NCBI GenBank assembly: GCA_040219255.1
Contig: JAVJSW010000033.1
Location: 12,675 to 76,674, forward strand
DNA: 64,000 bases
From: Sumerlaeia bacterium
GTDB taxonomy: Bacteria; Sumerlaeota; Sumerlaeia; SLMS01; JAHLLQ01
Direction: 5' to 3'
Shown here: in pieces, positions 36,916 to 46,729 of the stretch
How positions within the stretch are numbered: the first letter of the stretch is position 1
Layout of the letters: each line of letters opens with the position of its first letter
The notes under the pieces: model-generated
Databases searched by the model: none
The model's input: only the letters and a program-made list of their open reading frames with translations
Told to the model about the DNA's origin: nothing
Translations under genes and position numbers: made by a program

Positions 36916-37614
36916 GTGATTATGCGTAAAATTTTTGAGCTTGCATTAGCCGTGACCGGAGCCCTGGCGCTTTGTGGAAGTTTGTCTGCGAATACTTGTC
37001 CTTTTGACATATATTTGCCTGTGCTTCCTGCTAGCCATAGCACTATAGTAGTCCCTACATCTGAACCTGAATTTGCGATATATCAAAATACCAATCCGAC
37101 CCATGTGGTTTTTGCTCTATGGGGAAACGGGGTTGCTATCGTGTCAAGCCGCGCTCTTGGAAGCGCCGCTTTAGATGGCGCCTTGGTCATGACTGAAGCC
37201 GTTGATTTATCTACTACGTATGGGTTGGTTCAATTTGACACTGATAAGTATAGCGAATTTTTCGCAAGCCTTGATGCCGCAGAAATTTTCCAGGCGGAAC
37301 TATCTGATAGTATCTATAAAATGCCAAGTTTTCCAACAACCTTTATCAAATTTTGTGGAGATGGTAAATACTTTGGAATGACATCATATCACCAATATGC
37401 AGAATTTCGGGGCTTTGAGTTGCGGACGACGGGCATCTTTCCGGCTGGCATGGCAGATGTGGTTCCTGCTTTGACAGAGGAGGAAATTACATTCAGGGCA
37501 AAGTGGAGCTTAGTTGTCGATTTTGTAGATTCTATTTTCTTGCAGGAAATTGACACGGCTTTTGTCGGCGACATGGGGCCTGTCCATTGGGATATGAATG
37601 TTACTAATCAATAA
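36916..37614 (+). CDS. Hypothetical exported protein, low GC
   Basis: GGAG SD, signal peptide MRKIFELALAVTGALALCGSLSA, 232-aa open frame in AT-rich DNA. Confidence 0.7.
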   Translation: MIMRKIFELALAVTGALALCGSLSANTCPFDIYLPVLPASHSTIVVPTSEPEFAIYQNTNPTHVVFALWGNGVAIVSSRALGSAALDGALVMTEAVDLSTTYGLVQFDTDKYSEFFASLDAAEIFQAELSDSIYKMPSFPTTFIKFCGDGKYFGMTSYHQYAEFRGFELRTTGIFPAGMADVVPALTEEEITFRAKWSLVVDFVDSIFLQEIDTAFVGDMGPVHWDMNVTNQ

Positions 37615-37803
37615 GGGAGTGCCTGCGGCTTGTGGATTCCGCCTCCTGATTGAACTACACGCTCTAAAGTTGTCCGTATGCCAAGGCTTTGAGTTCGGCC
37701 GCGAATTTCCAATAGATTGGAAATGATATGAAATTTATAAATAATTGTGTACCCCTTGTCCATTCTTTTGCTTCAAACGATGGTTGGTTGGGCCAGAAGA
37801 CAA

Positions 37804-38931
37804 CTACTGAAAGAAGAACCGCCGCATAGCGATATTGAGCACCAGCCCCATGAGGATATAGCAGCTCAGCAAGAAGGAGCCGCCGTAGCTGAGGAAGGGG
37901 AGGGGGAGGCCGGTGACGGGGAGGAGGCCGATGGTCATGCCGATGTTGAGGGTGACGTGGCCGAGGAGGATGGCTCCGAGGCCGATGACGACGAGGCCTC
38001 CGAAGCGGTCGCGGGCGTTTTCGGCGGCGCGGAGGAAGCGCAGCAGAATGACGCCGTAGAGACCGATGATGACGATGGCTCCGGCGAGGCCGGTTTGCTC
38101 GACGGAGCTGGCGAAGATGAAGTCGGTGTGGGCTTCGGGGAGGTAGCGGAGGACGGCCTGGGTGCCTTCGCCCCAGCCGCGGCCGGTGAGGCCTCCGTTG
38201 CCGACGGCGATGAGGCTCTGGCGAACGTTGTAGCCCGAGCCGGTGGGGTCGCGGCCGGGATCGACGAAGGTGAGGAGGCGTTCTTTCTGGTAGTCTTTGA
38301 GGAAGGGGACGACGCTGGCGCAGGAGGCGATGCCTCCGAGAATGAGGGCGATGAGGATCCAGCGTTTGACCCCGGCCCAGTACATCATGCCGAAGAAGAG
38401 GATGATGAAGAGGGAGGCGGTGCCCAGGTCGGGTTGTTTGAGGATCAGCATCATGGGGATGGCGACGATGATGCCGGGGAGGATGAGGTCTTTGATGCCG
38501 CGGACGCCGTGGGGTCGGGTGGCCCAGTATTGGGCGAGGAGGAGGACGGTGACGACCTTCATGGTTTCGGAGGGCTGGAAGCTGACGGGGCCGAGGCGGA
38601 ACCAGGAGCGGGCGCCATTGACGGTGGTACCGGCGATGAGGACGAAGACGAGGAGGCCGAGGTTGGCGATGTAGGCCCAGGGGGCGAGGCGGCCGAGCCA
38701 GCGGTAGTCGAGCATGAGGGCTGCGGCGAGGCCGCAGAGGGCGATGCCGAACCATGTGATCTGGCGTCCGGCGGCGGCGACGAGGGCGTCGTTGCCCTGG
38801 ACGCAGCCGAAGAGGAGCCAGAGGCCGAGGACAGTGAGGAGGACGACAGAGCCGAGAAGGATCCAGTCCATGTAGCGGGCGGCGGCGAGGAAGGTGGCGA
38901 GGCGGAAGGGCGGGTCCTGGGTGTCCTCCAT
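37804..38931 (-). CDS. rodA: Rod shape-determining protein RodA (SEDS family)
   Basis: GARSWFRLG..SFQPSE, KQPDLGTA, YQKERL...DP..SGYNVRQS.IAVG.GG, LPEAHTDFIF, PVTGLPLPFLSYGGS. Confidence 0.93.
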   Translation of the reverse strand: MEDTQDPPFRLATFLAAARYMDWILLGSVVLLTVLGLWLLFGCVQGNDALVAAAGRQITWFGIALCGLAAALMLDYRWLGRLAPWAYIANLGLLVFVLIAGTTVNGARSWFRLGPVSFQPSETMKVVTVLLLAQYWATRPHGVRGIKDLILPGIIVAIPMMLILKQPDLGTASLFIILFFGMMYWAGVKRWILIALILGGIASCASVVPFLKDYQKERLLTFVDPGRDPTGSGYNVRQSLIAVGNGGLTGRGWGEGTQAVLRYLPEAHTDFIFASSVEQTGLAGAIVIIGLYGVILLRFLRAAENARDRFGGLVVIGLGAILLGHVTLNIGMTIGLLPVTGLPLPFLSYGGSFLLSCYILMGLVLNIAMRRFFFQ

Positions 38932-39151
38932 GAGGACCGGATGGAGGCCGGAGGAGGCTGCCCGGGGGCTGATGACAGAGTTTTTTTGTTGGCGGCGGAA
39001 AGCCAAGGGGCCCGTTCTCCCAGTCGGATAAGGGAGATACGTGAGGGGGAAGGGGCAAGAATGGCAAGGCGAGAGGGGCGGGGGGACTTGACGCCCGGTT
39101 TGGAGCGGGTCAATCTCGGCGGAAATCTTCTTTTTTTGAAGGACGACGGAA

Positions 39152-40906
39152 ATGATGCGCTTTCAGCTTTGCCTTGCCGCGCTGTGTGTCGCGGCGATTC
39201 AGACGATCGCTCCGGCCCAGGTGCTGGATCTGACGGGGACGTGGACTTACCGGGAAGACCCGGAGGAAATCGGTGAGGAGCAGGGTTGGCAGAAGCCCGG
39301 CGCCGACACGGCGGATTGGGGCGAGGCGGAGGTGCCTGGCGATATCGGCGATTACGATGGGGTGGTGTGGTACCGCAAGACGGTGGACGTGCCCGGGGAT
39401 GTGGCGTCCGATCCGGAGGCGCGGCTGTTTTTCGGTCAGGTGGACGACATCACGGAGTTGTACCTGAACGGCGAGAAGGTGTACCGCCATCCGTTCTGGA
39501 ACACGCCGTTCTTTGTGGAGATCGGCGATCATGTGCCGCGTGAGGGCGGCGAGCTGTCGATCGTGGCGAAGGTGACGGACGTCGGCGGGCCCGGGGGGAT
39601 CCTGGGGCCGGTGCGGATCGGGCCGCTGGAGGACTGGAAGTCGCTGCTGACGACGCCGGCGTATGAACTGTCGCCCCGGTCGACGCTGGCCGAGGTGGGC
39701 AATCTGGTGATGTATTCCGTGTACGTGCGGAATTTTTCCGAGGAGGGAACTTTCGAGGGGTTGCGCGAGCGCCTGCCGGAATTGAAGGGGCTTGGTGTGA
39801 ATTGCCTGTGGCTCCTGCCGATCCACCCGATCGGCGAGGTGGAGCGGAAAGGCCCGGACGGCAGTCCATACGCCATCGCGGATTACCTGGATGTGAACCC
39901 GGACCTGGGGACGAAGGCGGACTTCAAGGCTATGGTGGAAGACGCCCACGAGCACGGCATGCGGGTGATTATCGACTGTGTATTCAATCACACGGCGCAC
40001 GACAGCGTGCTGACGCGCGAGCACCCGGAGTGGTTCCTGCAGGATGAGGAGGGCAATCCGCGGCCGGACGTGGCGGCCTGGCAGGACGTGGTGGATTTCG
40101 CCTATGGCGATCCGGAGGTGGAAGCGGAGCTGTATCCGTACCTGTGGAATGTGCTGGATTACTGGGTGCGGGAGTTCGATATCGACGGCTACCGCTGCGA
40201 CGTGGCGGACCTGGTGCCGGCGGAGTTCTGGGCGGAGGCGCGGCAGCGGCTGGAGGCGATCAAGCCGGGCGGGATCATCATGCTGGCGGAGTCGCAATCG
40301 AGCCATCACCACCTGAATGGCTTTGACATCACTTACAACGAGGGGCTGCACGAGTTGGCCCGGATGGTCATGGAGGGCGAGGCGGAGCCGCTGTCGCTGA
40401 AGATCGATGTGCTGCGGCGTCAGTACAGTATGCCGAAAGGTGCGCCGGAATTGCTTTTTTCGGAAAACCATGACAAGCAACGGGCGGTCAACTTCTACGG
40501 AGGCCCGGAGAAGGCGAAATTGGCGGGGGCTTTGGTGGCCACTCTGCCCGGTGTGCCGTTGCTGTACACGGGAACGGAAGTGGGCGCCGATGCCGAGCGC
40601 AACGAAACGTTCTTCACGGTGTCTCCCGTGGATTTCTCCAGCGATCCGCATGGGATGCGGGCGTTCTGGACGTCGCTGCTGGCGATGCGGGCGGCGAGCC
40701 CTGCTTTGCAGACCGGAGCCTTTATTCCGGTGGAGGCCAGCCCGGAAGGCGCGATTTTCGCCTTCGAGCGCCGCACGCGGCACGACCGGGCGCTGGTGAT
40801 CGCCAATTTGAGCGGCGAAACCGTGACGGCGGAGTTGGACCACGATCTGTCACCGACGAAGGATGTGACCCTTGGAGCTTATCGATGGACGATTTTCCGG
40901 AACTGA
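39152..40906 (+). CDS. Secreted GH13 alpha-amylase-family protein with N-terminal GH2-type sugar-binding domain
   Basis: YDGVVWYRK domain; LWLLPIHP, DCVFNHT, DGYRCDVA, LAE, ENHD. Confidence 0.9.
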   Translation: MMRFQLCLAALCVAAIQTIAPAQVLDLTGTWTYREDPEEIGEEQGWQKPGADTADWGEAEVPGDIGDYDGVVWYRKTVDVPGDVASDPEARLFFGQVDDITELYLNGEKVYRHPFWNTPFFVEIGDHVPREGGELSIVAKVTDVGGPGGILGPVRIGPLEDWKSLLTTPAYELSPRSTLAEVGNLVMYSVYVRNFSEEGTFEGLRERLPELKGLGVNCLWLLPIHPIGEVERKGPDGSPYAIADYLDVNPDLGTKADFKAMVEDAHEHGMRVIIDCVFNHTAHDSVLTREHPEWFLQDEEGNPRPDVAAWQDVVDFAYGDPEVEAELYPYLWNVLDYWVREFDIDGYRCDVADLVPAEFWAEARQRLEAIKPGGIIMLAESQSSHHHLNGFDITYNEGLHELARMVMEGEAEPLSLKIDVLRRQYSMPKGAPELLFSENHDKQRAVNFYGGPEKAKLAGALVATLPGVPLLYTGTEVGADAERNETFFTVSPVDFSSDPHGMRAFWTSLLAMRAASPALQTGAFIPVEASPEGAIFAFERRTRHDRALVIANLSGETVTAELDHDLSPTKDVTLGAYRWTIFRN

Positions 40907-40955
40907 GGGGCGGGCCGCGGCGCGCGTCCTGAGGGTTCTGGCTTTGCTGGCGGCG

Positions 40956-41774
40956 ATGGTTTGCGCCTCGCCGCTCCTGGCCAGTCAGAAGAAACCGGTC
41001 ACGGTGATTTTCGAAACGCAGTCGGGGCGCCAGATGGAAGTCTGGGTCGATGGGCGGCGGCTGGGCTCGACGCCCCTGCGGCATGCCCTGATGCCTGGGA
41101 ACTACTACCTGAGCGCGGGGGGCGAAGGTGTGGTGCCGATTCTGCGGGAGTTCGTGGTGTTTTCCCATGGCGACAAGCAGACGCTCGGCATCAAGGACGA
41201 GCCGCTGACGTCGAAGAACTACTTCCCAGCGGTTGGCGTTCTGGCGGAAGCTCGGGGCGAGCGGCCGGACAATGTGCATCTGGAGGTGCTGGCGCTGTCG
41301 ATGGTGTTCGAGGAGGAGAAGTTCGACACGCTGCTGGGGCGGCTGCCGGAGAGTGTGCGGGAGGGCGATCCGATGGTGCTGTACCTGCGGGCGCGGCGTG
41401 AGCTGGAGGACAGGAAGGATCCAACGCAGGCGCTGCATTTGACGAATCGAGCGATCAAGGGGGATGAGACCTTCGCGCCCGCCTATCGGCTGAAGGCGAA
41501 GCTGATGCTGGAGATGGCGGGGCCGGAGGAAGCGCGGAAAGCGGCGGAACGGGCGGCGCTGCTGGACCCGCGAAATCCCGAGAGCTATGTGCTGCGGGGC
41601 AAGGCGAGCGTGGAGTTGGAGGAGGAGGCGTATGCGCGGCTGGATTTCGAGCATGCTTTGCGGCTGCGGCCTGGCTATGCGGAGGCCGAGGCGGCGCTGG
41701 AGGCTTTGGACGGCCGAGGGGCGGCGGCGGCGGACGAAGCGAGCAGCCGGACCCTGGAGGCGGGACGGCCATGA
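40956..41774 (+). CDS. PEGA-like plus TPR protein (start uncertain)
   Basis: EVWVDGRRLGSTPL...PG.Y, followed by TPRs (AALLDPRNPESYVLRG). Confidence 0.7.
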   Translation: MVCASPLLASQKKPVTVIFETQSGRQMEVWVDGRRLGSTPLRHALMPGNYYLSAGGEGVVPILREFVVFSHGDKQTLGIKDEPLTSKNYFPAVGVLAEARGERPDNVHLEVLALSMVFEEEKFDTLLGRLPESVREGDPMVLYLRARRELEDRKDPTQALHLTNRAIKGDETFAPAYRLKAKLMLEMAGPEEARKAAERAALLDPRNPESYVLRGKASVELEEEAYARLDFEHALRLRPGYAEAEAALEALDGRGAAAADEASSRTLEAGRP

Positions 41775-42478
41775 TGGCGATCTTTGTGGGAACTGCGGAG
41801 GAAGCGCGGCTGGCGGCGGAGGTGCTGGGCCTGACACGCCGGTCCGTGGACGGGCCGTTGACCTGCCACAGCGGCGTGCCGGCCGGGTGGGCGTGTGAAG
41901 TGCGGGTGTACTCAGAGGTGCGGGGGGCCGAGCTGGCTTGGGCGGCGGCGCGGCTGGCATGCCGGCGGGGTGCGGAGCGGATCGTTTGTCTTGGCGGCGC
42001 GGAGGCGTTGCCGGAGGTGGGGCCGGCGGGGGCGATTTTCGAGGTGGCTTCGGTGCGCGATGGGCGGGGGCTCGACACGGTGATTCGGCGGACGGCGGAC
42101 CTTTCGCTTGAGCTCATGGGCGATGCGGGGGATTTACCGGACGAAATTTTGCTTCCGGAACGAGAGGGTGGCCCGTGGCCGCGGAAAGCTCTGGCCACCA
42201 CCGGTCTTCCCTTGACGGTTTTAACTTTGGGGCGGAAGCTATGGAGTGAGTCGGGCGTCGCCTTGTTCGACCGCCGGGCTCTGGGCAGTGTGGAAGGGGC
42301 GCGGGAAGACGGTGTGGATGTGCGGGTGATTCGCTGGGTCGAGCGGACGGTTGGTCCTCTCGTTGCGACGGGTTCCGGTTCGGCCGGGAAACCTTTGCGG
42401 GACCGGGCGTTGAAGCGAATATTGAGAACCCTTCTTGCGTCCCCGGTTCGCTCTTCCTGTAGGCTTGCAGCACACTGA
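41771..42478 (+). CDS. Hypothetical protein, possibly a degenerate nucleoside-phosphorylase fold
   Basis: ATGA overlap with the upstream gene; IFVGTAEEA and IVCLGGAEAL resemble PNP/UDP-family strands. Confidence 0.45.
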   Translation: MMAIFVGTAEEARLAAEVLGLTRRSVDGPLTCHSGVPAGWACEVRVYSEVRGAELAWAAARLACRRGAERIVCLGGAEALPEVGPAGAIFEVASVRDGRGLDTVIRRTADLSLELMGDAGDLPDEILLPEREGGPWPRKALATTGLPLTVLTLGRKLWSESGVALFDRRALGSVEGAREDGVDVRVIRWVERTVGPLVATGSGSAGKPLRDRALKRILRTLLASPVRSSCRLAAH

Positions 42479-42514
42479 ACGCGGACCGCCACTCATGTAG
42501 GAAAGATCCTGAAC

Positions 42515-43579
42515 GTGTCATCACCGATCACCCCCGACCCGCACCAGGACCAGGAGTCCCCGGATTCCGAAAACCGGCTGGAGCACCGCACGTTCCATAG
42601 CTCGGAGACGCTGAGCGATGTGATCATGGGTGGTAAGTCGAAGATGGGCGGAGGGGTTTCGGGGGGAAGTCAACTGTCCGCCCGGCGGCTGCCGGTGCTG
42701 ATCACGCTGGACGGGGGGCGGGTCGGCGAGCGGTTTGTGCTTTCGAAGAAACGCAGTATTCTGGGCCGCGACTTTCAGGCGGACGTCCTGGTAAGCGATG
42801 GCGAAGTCTCGCGCCGGCATGCCGCCATCGAATGGGTCAATTTCGACGATAAGGTTGCGATTCCGGACTGTCTGCTGTTGGACATCAAGAGCACGAACGG
42901 GACCTTCGTGAACAACAGGGTGCTGCAGGGCTCGCGGACGCTGAACGATGGGGATCAGATTCGCCTGGGTAAGACGCTGCTGGGGTACTACGTCAAGGAC
43001 GAGCGGGTGCTGGAGTTGGACCGCGAGTTGCTGGACATGGCTTTGCGGGACGAATTGACGGGGGTTTACAAGCGGCGCTATTTCATCAACGAACTGCACC
43101 GGGAGTTCGATCGCAGCCGGCGCTATCGCCGGCCTTTCGGACTGCTGCTGCTCGACATCGATCACTTCAAGAACGTGAATGACGAACTGGGGCATCTGCG
43201 GGGCGACGAAGCGCTGAAGACCGTGGCCGATGTGATTCGCTCGACGTTGCGCGAGGGCGACATCTGTGGGCGTTACGGGGGCGAAGAGTTCGTCATCCTG
43301 CTGCCGGAGACCGACCGGGGCGGCGCCGTGATCGCGGCGGAGCGGATTCGTCAGGCGCTGGAGGCGACGAGTTTCAAGTTGGGGACCGAGACGCCGCGGC
43401 GGATCACCGCCAGCATCGGGATCGCGGCGCAGGACGGGACCTATCAGGACAAGATGGATGTGATCGAGGCGGCGGACACGGCTCTGTATTCTGCCAAGCG
43501 GCTGGGCCGGAACCGCTGCGAGGTGGCGGTGGGCGCCGATTCGTCGACCGACCCGACGGACGATCCGGCGCTGGCGTAA
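42515..43579 (+). CDS. FHA-domain diguanylate cyclase
   Basis: FHA motifs LGR, VSRRHA, STNGTFVN; DELTG, DIDHFKNVND, REGD I-site, RYGGEEF. Confidence 0.93.
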   Translation: MSSPITPDPHQDQESPDSENRLEHRTFHSSETLSDVIMGGKSKMGGGVSGGSQLSARRLPVLITLDGGRVGERFVLSKKRSILGRDFQADVLVSDGEVSRRHAAIEWVNFDDKVAIPDCLLLDIKSTNGTFVNNRVLQGSRTLNDGDQIRLGKTLLGYYVKDERVLELDRELLDMALRDELTGVYKRRYFINELHREFDRSRRYRRPFGLLLLDIDHFKNVNDELGHLRGDEALKTVADVIRSTLREGDICGRYGGEEFVILLPETDRGGAVIAAERIRQALEATSFKLGTETPRRITASIGIAAQDGTYQDKMDVIEAADTALYSAKRLGRNRCEVAVGADSSTDPTDDPALA

Positions 43580-43636
43580 CGAAATTTTCCGGTTCTTTTT
43601 TTCTTCCACTCCACCCAAAGTTTCAACCGACAGAAA

Positions 43637-44698
43637 GTGAAACCCGTGGCTTTCAACGATTCCCCCGCCCGTTGGGAAAATGAACGTGTCGCGATCCTGG
43701 GAGCGGGCTCCTGGGGCAGCGTTCTGGCCCATCTCCTCGCCTCCAAGGGCGTTCACACGACGCTTTGGGATCGTTCCTCGGAGGCCATCGCCAGGCTTGC
43801 GGAGAAGGGTCATCCTTTCGGCGTGCCAGAGCTGAAGCTGAGCAAGAAGGTGCGCCTGGACAGCGAGCTGGAAGCGGTGCTGCCGGGAGTGACGGTGCTG
43901 GTGTACGTGGTGCCTTCGCAGGCGGTGGGCGATCTGTCGCGGTCGCTGGCCGCCGCCATCGGGCGTCTGACCAATCCGCCGGCGCCGTTGATCGTGCTGG
44001 CGTCGAAGGGGATCGACATCGCGAACCGGACGACGTTGACGGAGATCGTCCGGCAGAACATGCCGGGGCTGGATGTGGCGGTGCTGTCTGGGCCATGCAT
44101 CGCGCGCGAGGTGGCGCAGGGCATGCCGACGTCTGTGGTGGTGTCGTGCGCGGACCCGGCGCAGAGCGACCGCCTGTGCGATTTGTTCCACTGTCCGGGG
44201 ATGCGGGTTTACACGCAGAACGACGTGACCGGTGTGGAGTTGGGCGGGGCGCTGAAGAACGTGATCGCGATCGCGGCGGGCATTGGGGATGGGCTGGGCT
44301 ATGGCAACAACACGAAGGCGACGGTGCTGTCGCGGGGTCTGGCGGAAATGTCGCGGCTGGCGAACGCGATGGGGGCGCGGCCAGAGACGATGTTCGGTCT
44401 CGCGGGGCTGGGGGATTTGGCGGTGACCTGCTTCAGTCCCTATAGCCGCAACCGGACCTTTGGGGAGCTGCTTGGGCAGGGTTTGAAGCCGGACGAAGCG
44501 CGCGCGAAGGTCAGCATGGTGGTGGAAGGGGAACCGACGGCGCAGGCGGCGTTGGCTCTGGCGGATCGTTACCAGATCGAAATGCCCATCACGGAAGCGG
44601 TGGTCCGCGTCTGCGAGGGCGAGCTGACGCCCCGGCAGGCGGTCGAGGCGCTGATGGCGCGGTCGGCCAAAGGCGAGTTCGACAGGGCGCCCTTCTGA
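43637..44698 (+). CDS. gpsA: NAD(P)H-dependent glycerol-3-phosphate dehydrogenase
   Basis: GAGSWG, SKGI, LSGP, GVELGGALKNVIAIAAG, GLGDL..TC.S..SRN. Confidence 0.95.
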   Translation: MKPVAFNDSPARWENERVAILGAGSWGSVLAHLLASKGVHTTLWDRSSEAIARLAEKGHPFGVPELKLSKKVRLDSELEAVLPGVTVLVYVVPSQAVGDLSRSLAAAIGRLTNPPAPLIVLASKGIDIANRTTLTEIVRQNMPGLDVAVLSGPCIAREVAQGMPTSVVVSCADPAQSDRLCDLFHCPGMRVYTQNDVTGVELGGALKNVIAIAAGIGDGLGYGNNTKATVLSRGLAEMSRLANAMGARPETMFGLAGLGDLAVTCFSPYSRNRTFGELLGQGLKPDEARAKVSMVVEGEPTAQAALALADRYQIEMPITEAVVRVCEGELTPRQAVEALMARSAKGEFDRAPF

Positions 44699-44815
44699 GA
44701 AATCGGATCACCGGCCGAGCACCCCACCCCCGCAAACCAAGCCCCTTTTTGATGGTCCTGATGGCTTGGAGTGTGCATGGTGGACTGTCACATTTTCCGA
44801 TAAGGCTACCCGACC

Positions 44816-45997
44816 ATGACCGTCGCAACCCTGCCCCTGACCGAGTCCGCGCGCGAGATCGCGCCGTGGATTATCGAACGCCGCCGCCACCTGCATCGCC
44901 ACCCCGAGCTGTCGTTCCACGAGGAGCAAACCGCCGCCTTTGTCGAGGCTGAGTTGCGTGCCTTGGGCTTCGAGGCGATCCGGACGCGCCTGGGCGGGAA
45001 CTATTCGCTGATCGCCGATCTGCCGGGCGCGGACCCAGGGCGGATCGTGGCGCTGCGGGCGGATATGGATGCGCTGCCGATTCAGGAAGCGACGGAGTGG
45101 GAATTCCAGAGCCAGAACCCCGGCGTCAGCCACATGTGCGGCCACGACAGCCACACGGCGATGCTGCTCGGGGCGGCGCGTTTGCTGATGGAGCGCCGCG
45201 CGGAATTGCCCCAGACGGTGCGTTTCATCTTTCAGGGCGCGGAGGAAAAATTCCCCGGCGGCGCCCGCGACGTGATCGCCGATGGCGGGCTGGATGGGGT
45301 CGAGCGCGTGTTTGGCCTGCACATCGATCCGCGCCACGACGTGGGGACGATCCGGTTCACCGACGGGCCGCAGATGGCCGGCGTGGACGAGTTCTCGATC
45401 ACGGTGCGCGGCGTCGGCGGCCACGCGGCCTTTCCCCACGTGACGCGCGATCCGATCCTGGCGGCGAGCCACATCGTCGTGGCGCTGCAGCAAATCGTCA
45501 GCCGCCGCACCGATCCGCTCGAAGCCGCCGTCGTTTCCGTCACCCAGTTCCATGGAGGTTCGGCCTTCAACGTGATCCCCGGCGAGGTGACGCTGAACGG
45601 CACGATCCGCAGTTTCCGCGACGCCATGCACCCGCACTTTCGCGCAATGATGGCCGAGGTGGCGGAAAACACGGCGCGGGCCTTTGGATGCGAGGCGGAC
45701 CTGCACCAGGATGAAGGCTATCCGCCGCTGGTGAACGACCCGGAGGCCAACGCCGCCTACCGCGCCGCCGCCCGCGAGGTCTTTGGCGAGGAAAACGTGC
45801 TGGTGATGGAGCCGGTGATGGGCGCGGAGGACTTCGCCCTCTACACCCGCGAACGCCCCTGCGCCTTCGCCTTCCTCGGCTGCTCCGCCCCCCACGACCG
45901 CGACCGCTTCATGGTGCACCACCCGCGGTTCTACCTGGACGAGGATTGCCTCTGGCGAGGGGCGGCGGTGCTGGCGGGGGTGGCATCGGGTGCCTGA
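44816..45997 (+). CDS. M20D family amidohydrolase
   Basis: HRHPELSF.E, LRADMDALP, HMCGHDSH, EE, GGHA, AEDF, HHPRF. Confidence 0.93.
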   Translation: MTVATLPLTESAREIAPWIIERRRHLHRHPELSFHEEQTAAFVEAELRALGFEAIRTRLGGNYSLIADLPGADPGRIVALRADMDALPIQEATEWEFQSQNPGVSHMCGHDSHTAMLLGAARLLMERRAELPQTVRFIFQGAEEKFPGGARDVIADGGLDGVERVFGLHIDPRHDVGTIRFTDGPQMAGVDEFSITVRGVGGHAAFPHVTRDPILAASHIVVALQQIVSRRTDPLEAAVVSVTQFHGGSAFNVIPGEVTLNGTIRSFRDAMHPHFRAMMAEVAENTARAFGCEADLHQDEGYPPLVNDPEANAAYRAAAREVFGEENVLVMEPVMGAEDFALYTRERPCAFAFLGCSAPHDRDRFMVHHPRFYLDEDCLWRGAAVLAGVASGA

Positions 45998-46571
45998 GGA
46001 GTCAAACTTATCACCCCTTGTCCAAGCCTCGCGCATCCTCGTCGTCGGCTGCTGCGGCGCGGGGAAATCCGTGTTTTCTCGCGAGTTGGGCATGGCGCTC
46101 AATCTCCCCGTCATCCACCTGGACCAGCATTATCACGGCCCCAATTGGCAGGAACCGCCGCCCGGCGTCTGGCAGGCGCGGCTGGACAAGCTGCTGGCGG
46201 GGGAACGCTGGATCATGGATGGGAATTATGCCGGGTCGCTGGATCGGCGTTTGCGGCGGGCGGACGCCGTGGTGTGGCTCGATTTCGGGCGAGCCGTCTG
46301 CCTGCCGCGCCTGATCCGCCGCAGCCTGACCTATTGGCGGCGGGAACGCCCCGACACCGCCCCCGGTTGCCGCGAGTCGTTTGGTTGGGGGTACTTGGAC
46401 TTTTTACGCTTTGCCTGGACATGGAATGACGAGGTTCGCCCGGGAATTCTGGCGGCTCTGGAACAGGGTGACACGCCAGTCTGGCGACTAAAGACGCCAA
46501 AGGAGGCTGCTGAGTTGACGAGGGAGACACAAGCCGCTGAGTCGCCTCGTCCCCAGAAGATCCGACCCTAA
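45990..46571 (+). CDS. Adenylate-kinase-like P-loop protein (topology modulation protein / FlaR family)
   Basis: GCCGAGKS, HLD, WIMDGNY, RPD.APGC.E. Confidence 0.85.
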   Translation: MPEESNLSPLVQASRILVVGCCGAGKSVFSRELGMALNLPVIHLDQHYHGPNWQEPPPGVWQARLDKLLAGERWIMDGNYAGSLDRRLRRADAVVWLDFGRAVCLPRLIRRSLTYWRRERPDTAPGCRESFGWGYLDFLRFAWTWNDEVRPGILAALEQGDTPVWRLKTPKEAAELTRETQAAESPRPQKIRP

Positions 46572-46729
46572 CCACCTCATCGCCCGGGGAAACCCCCGCC
46601 CCCTTCCCTCGCCTCCACCGCGGCTTGACCCTTGCGTGTCAGGGAGGGCATCGTCTTGGGTTCGCTGTGGGCCGGTGTCTTGGGCTCGGGGCGATGGGAC
46701 CCATCTGATTGGATTTTGGAAGATTGACT

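Noticed and set aside
37747-39276. 509-aa Asp/Glu/Gly-rich plus-strand ORF
   Set aside because: Antisense of hydrophobic rodA codons; the acidic composition is a mirror effect.
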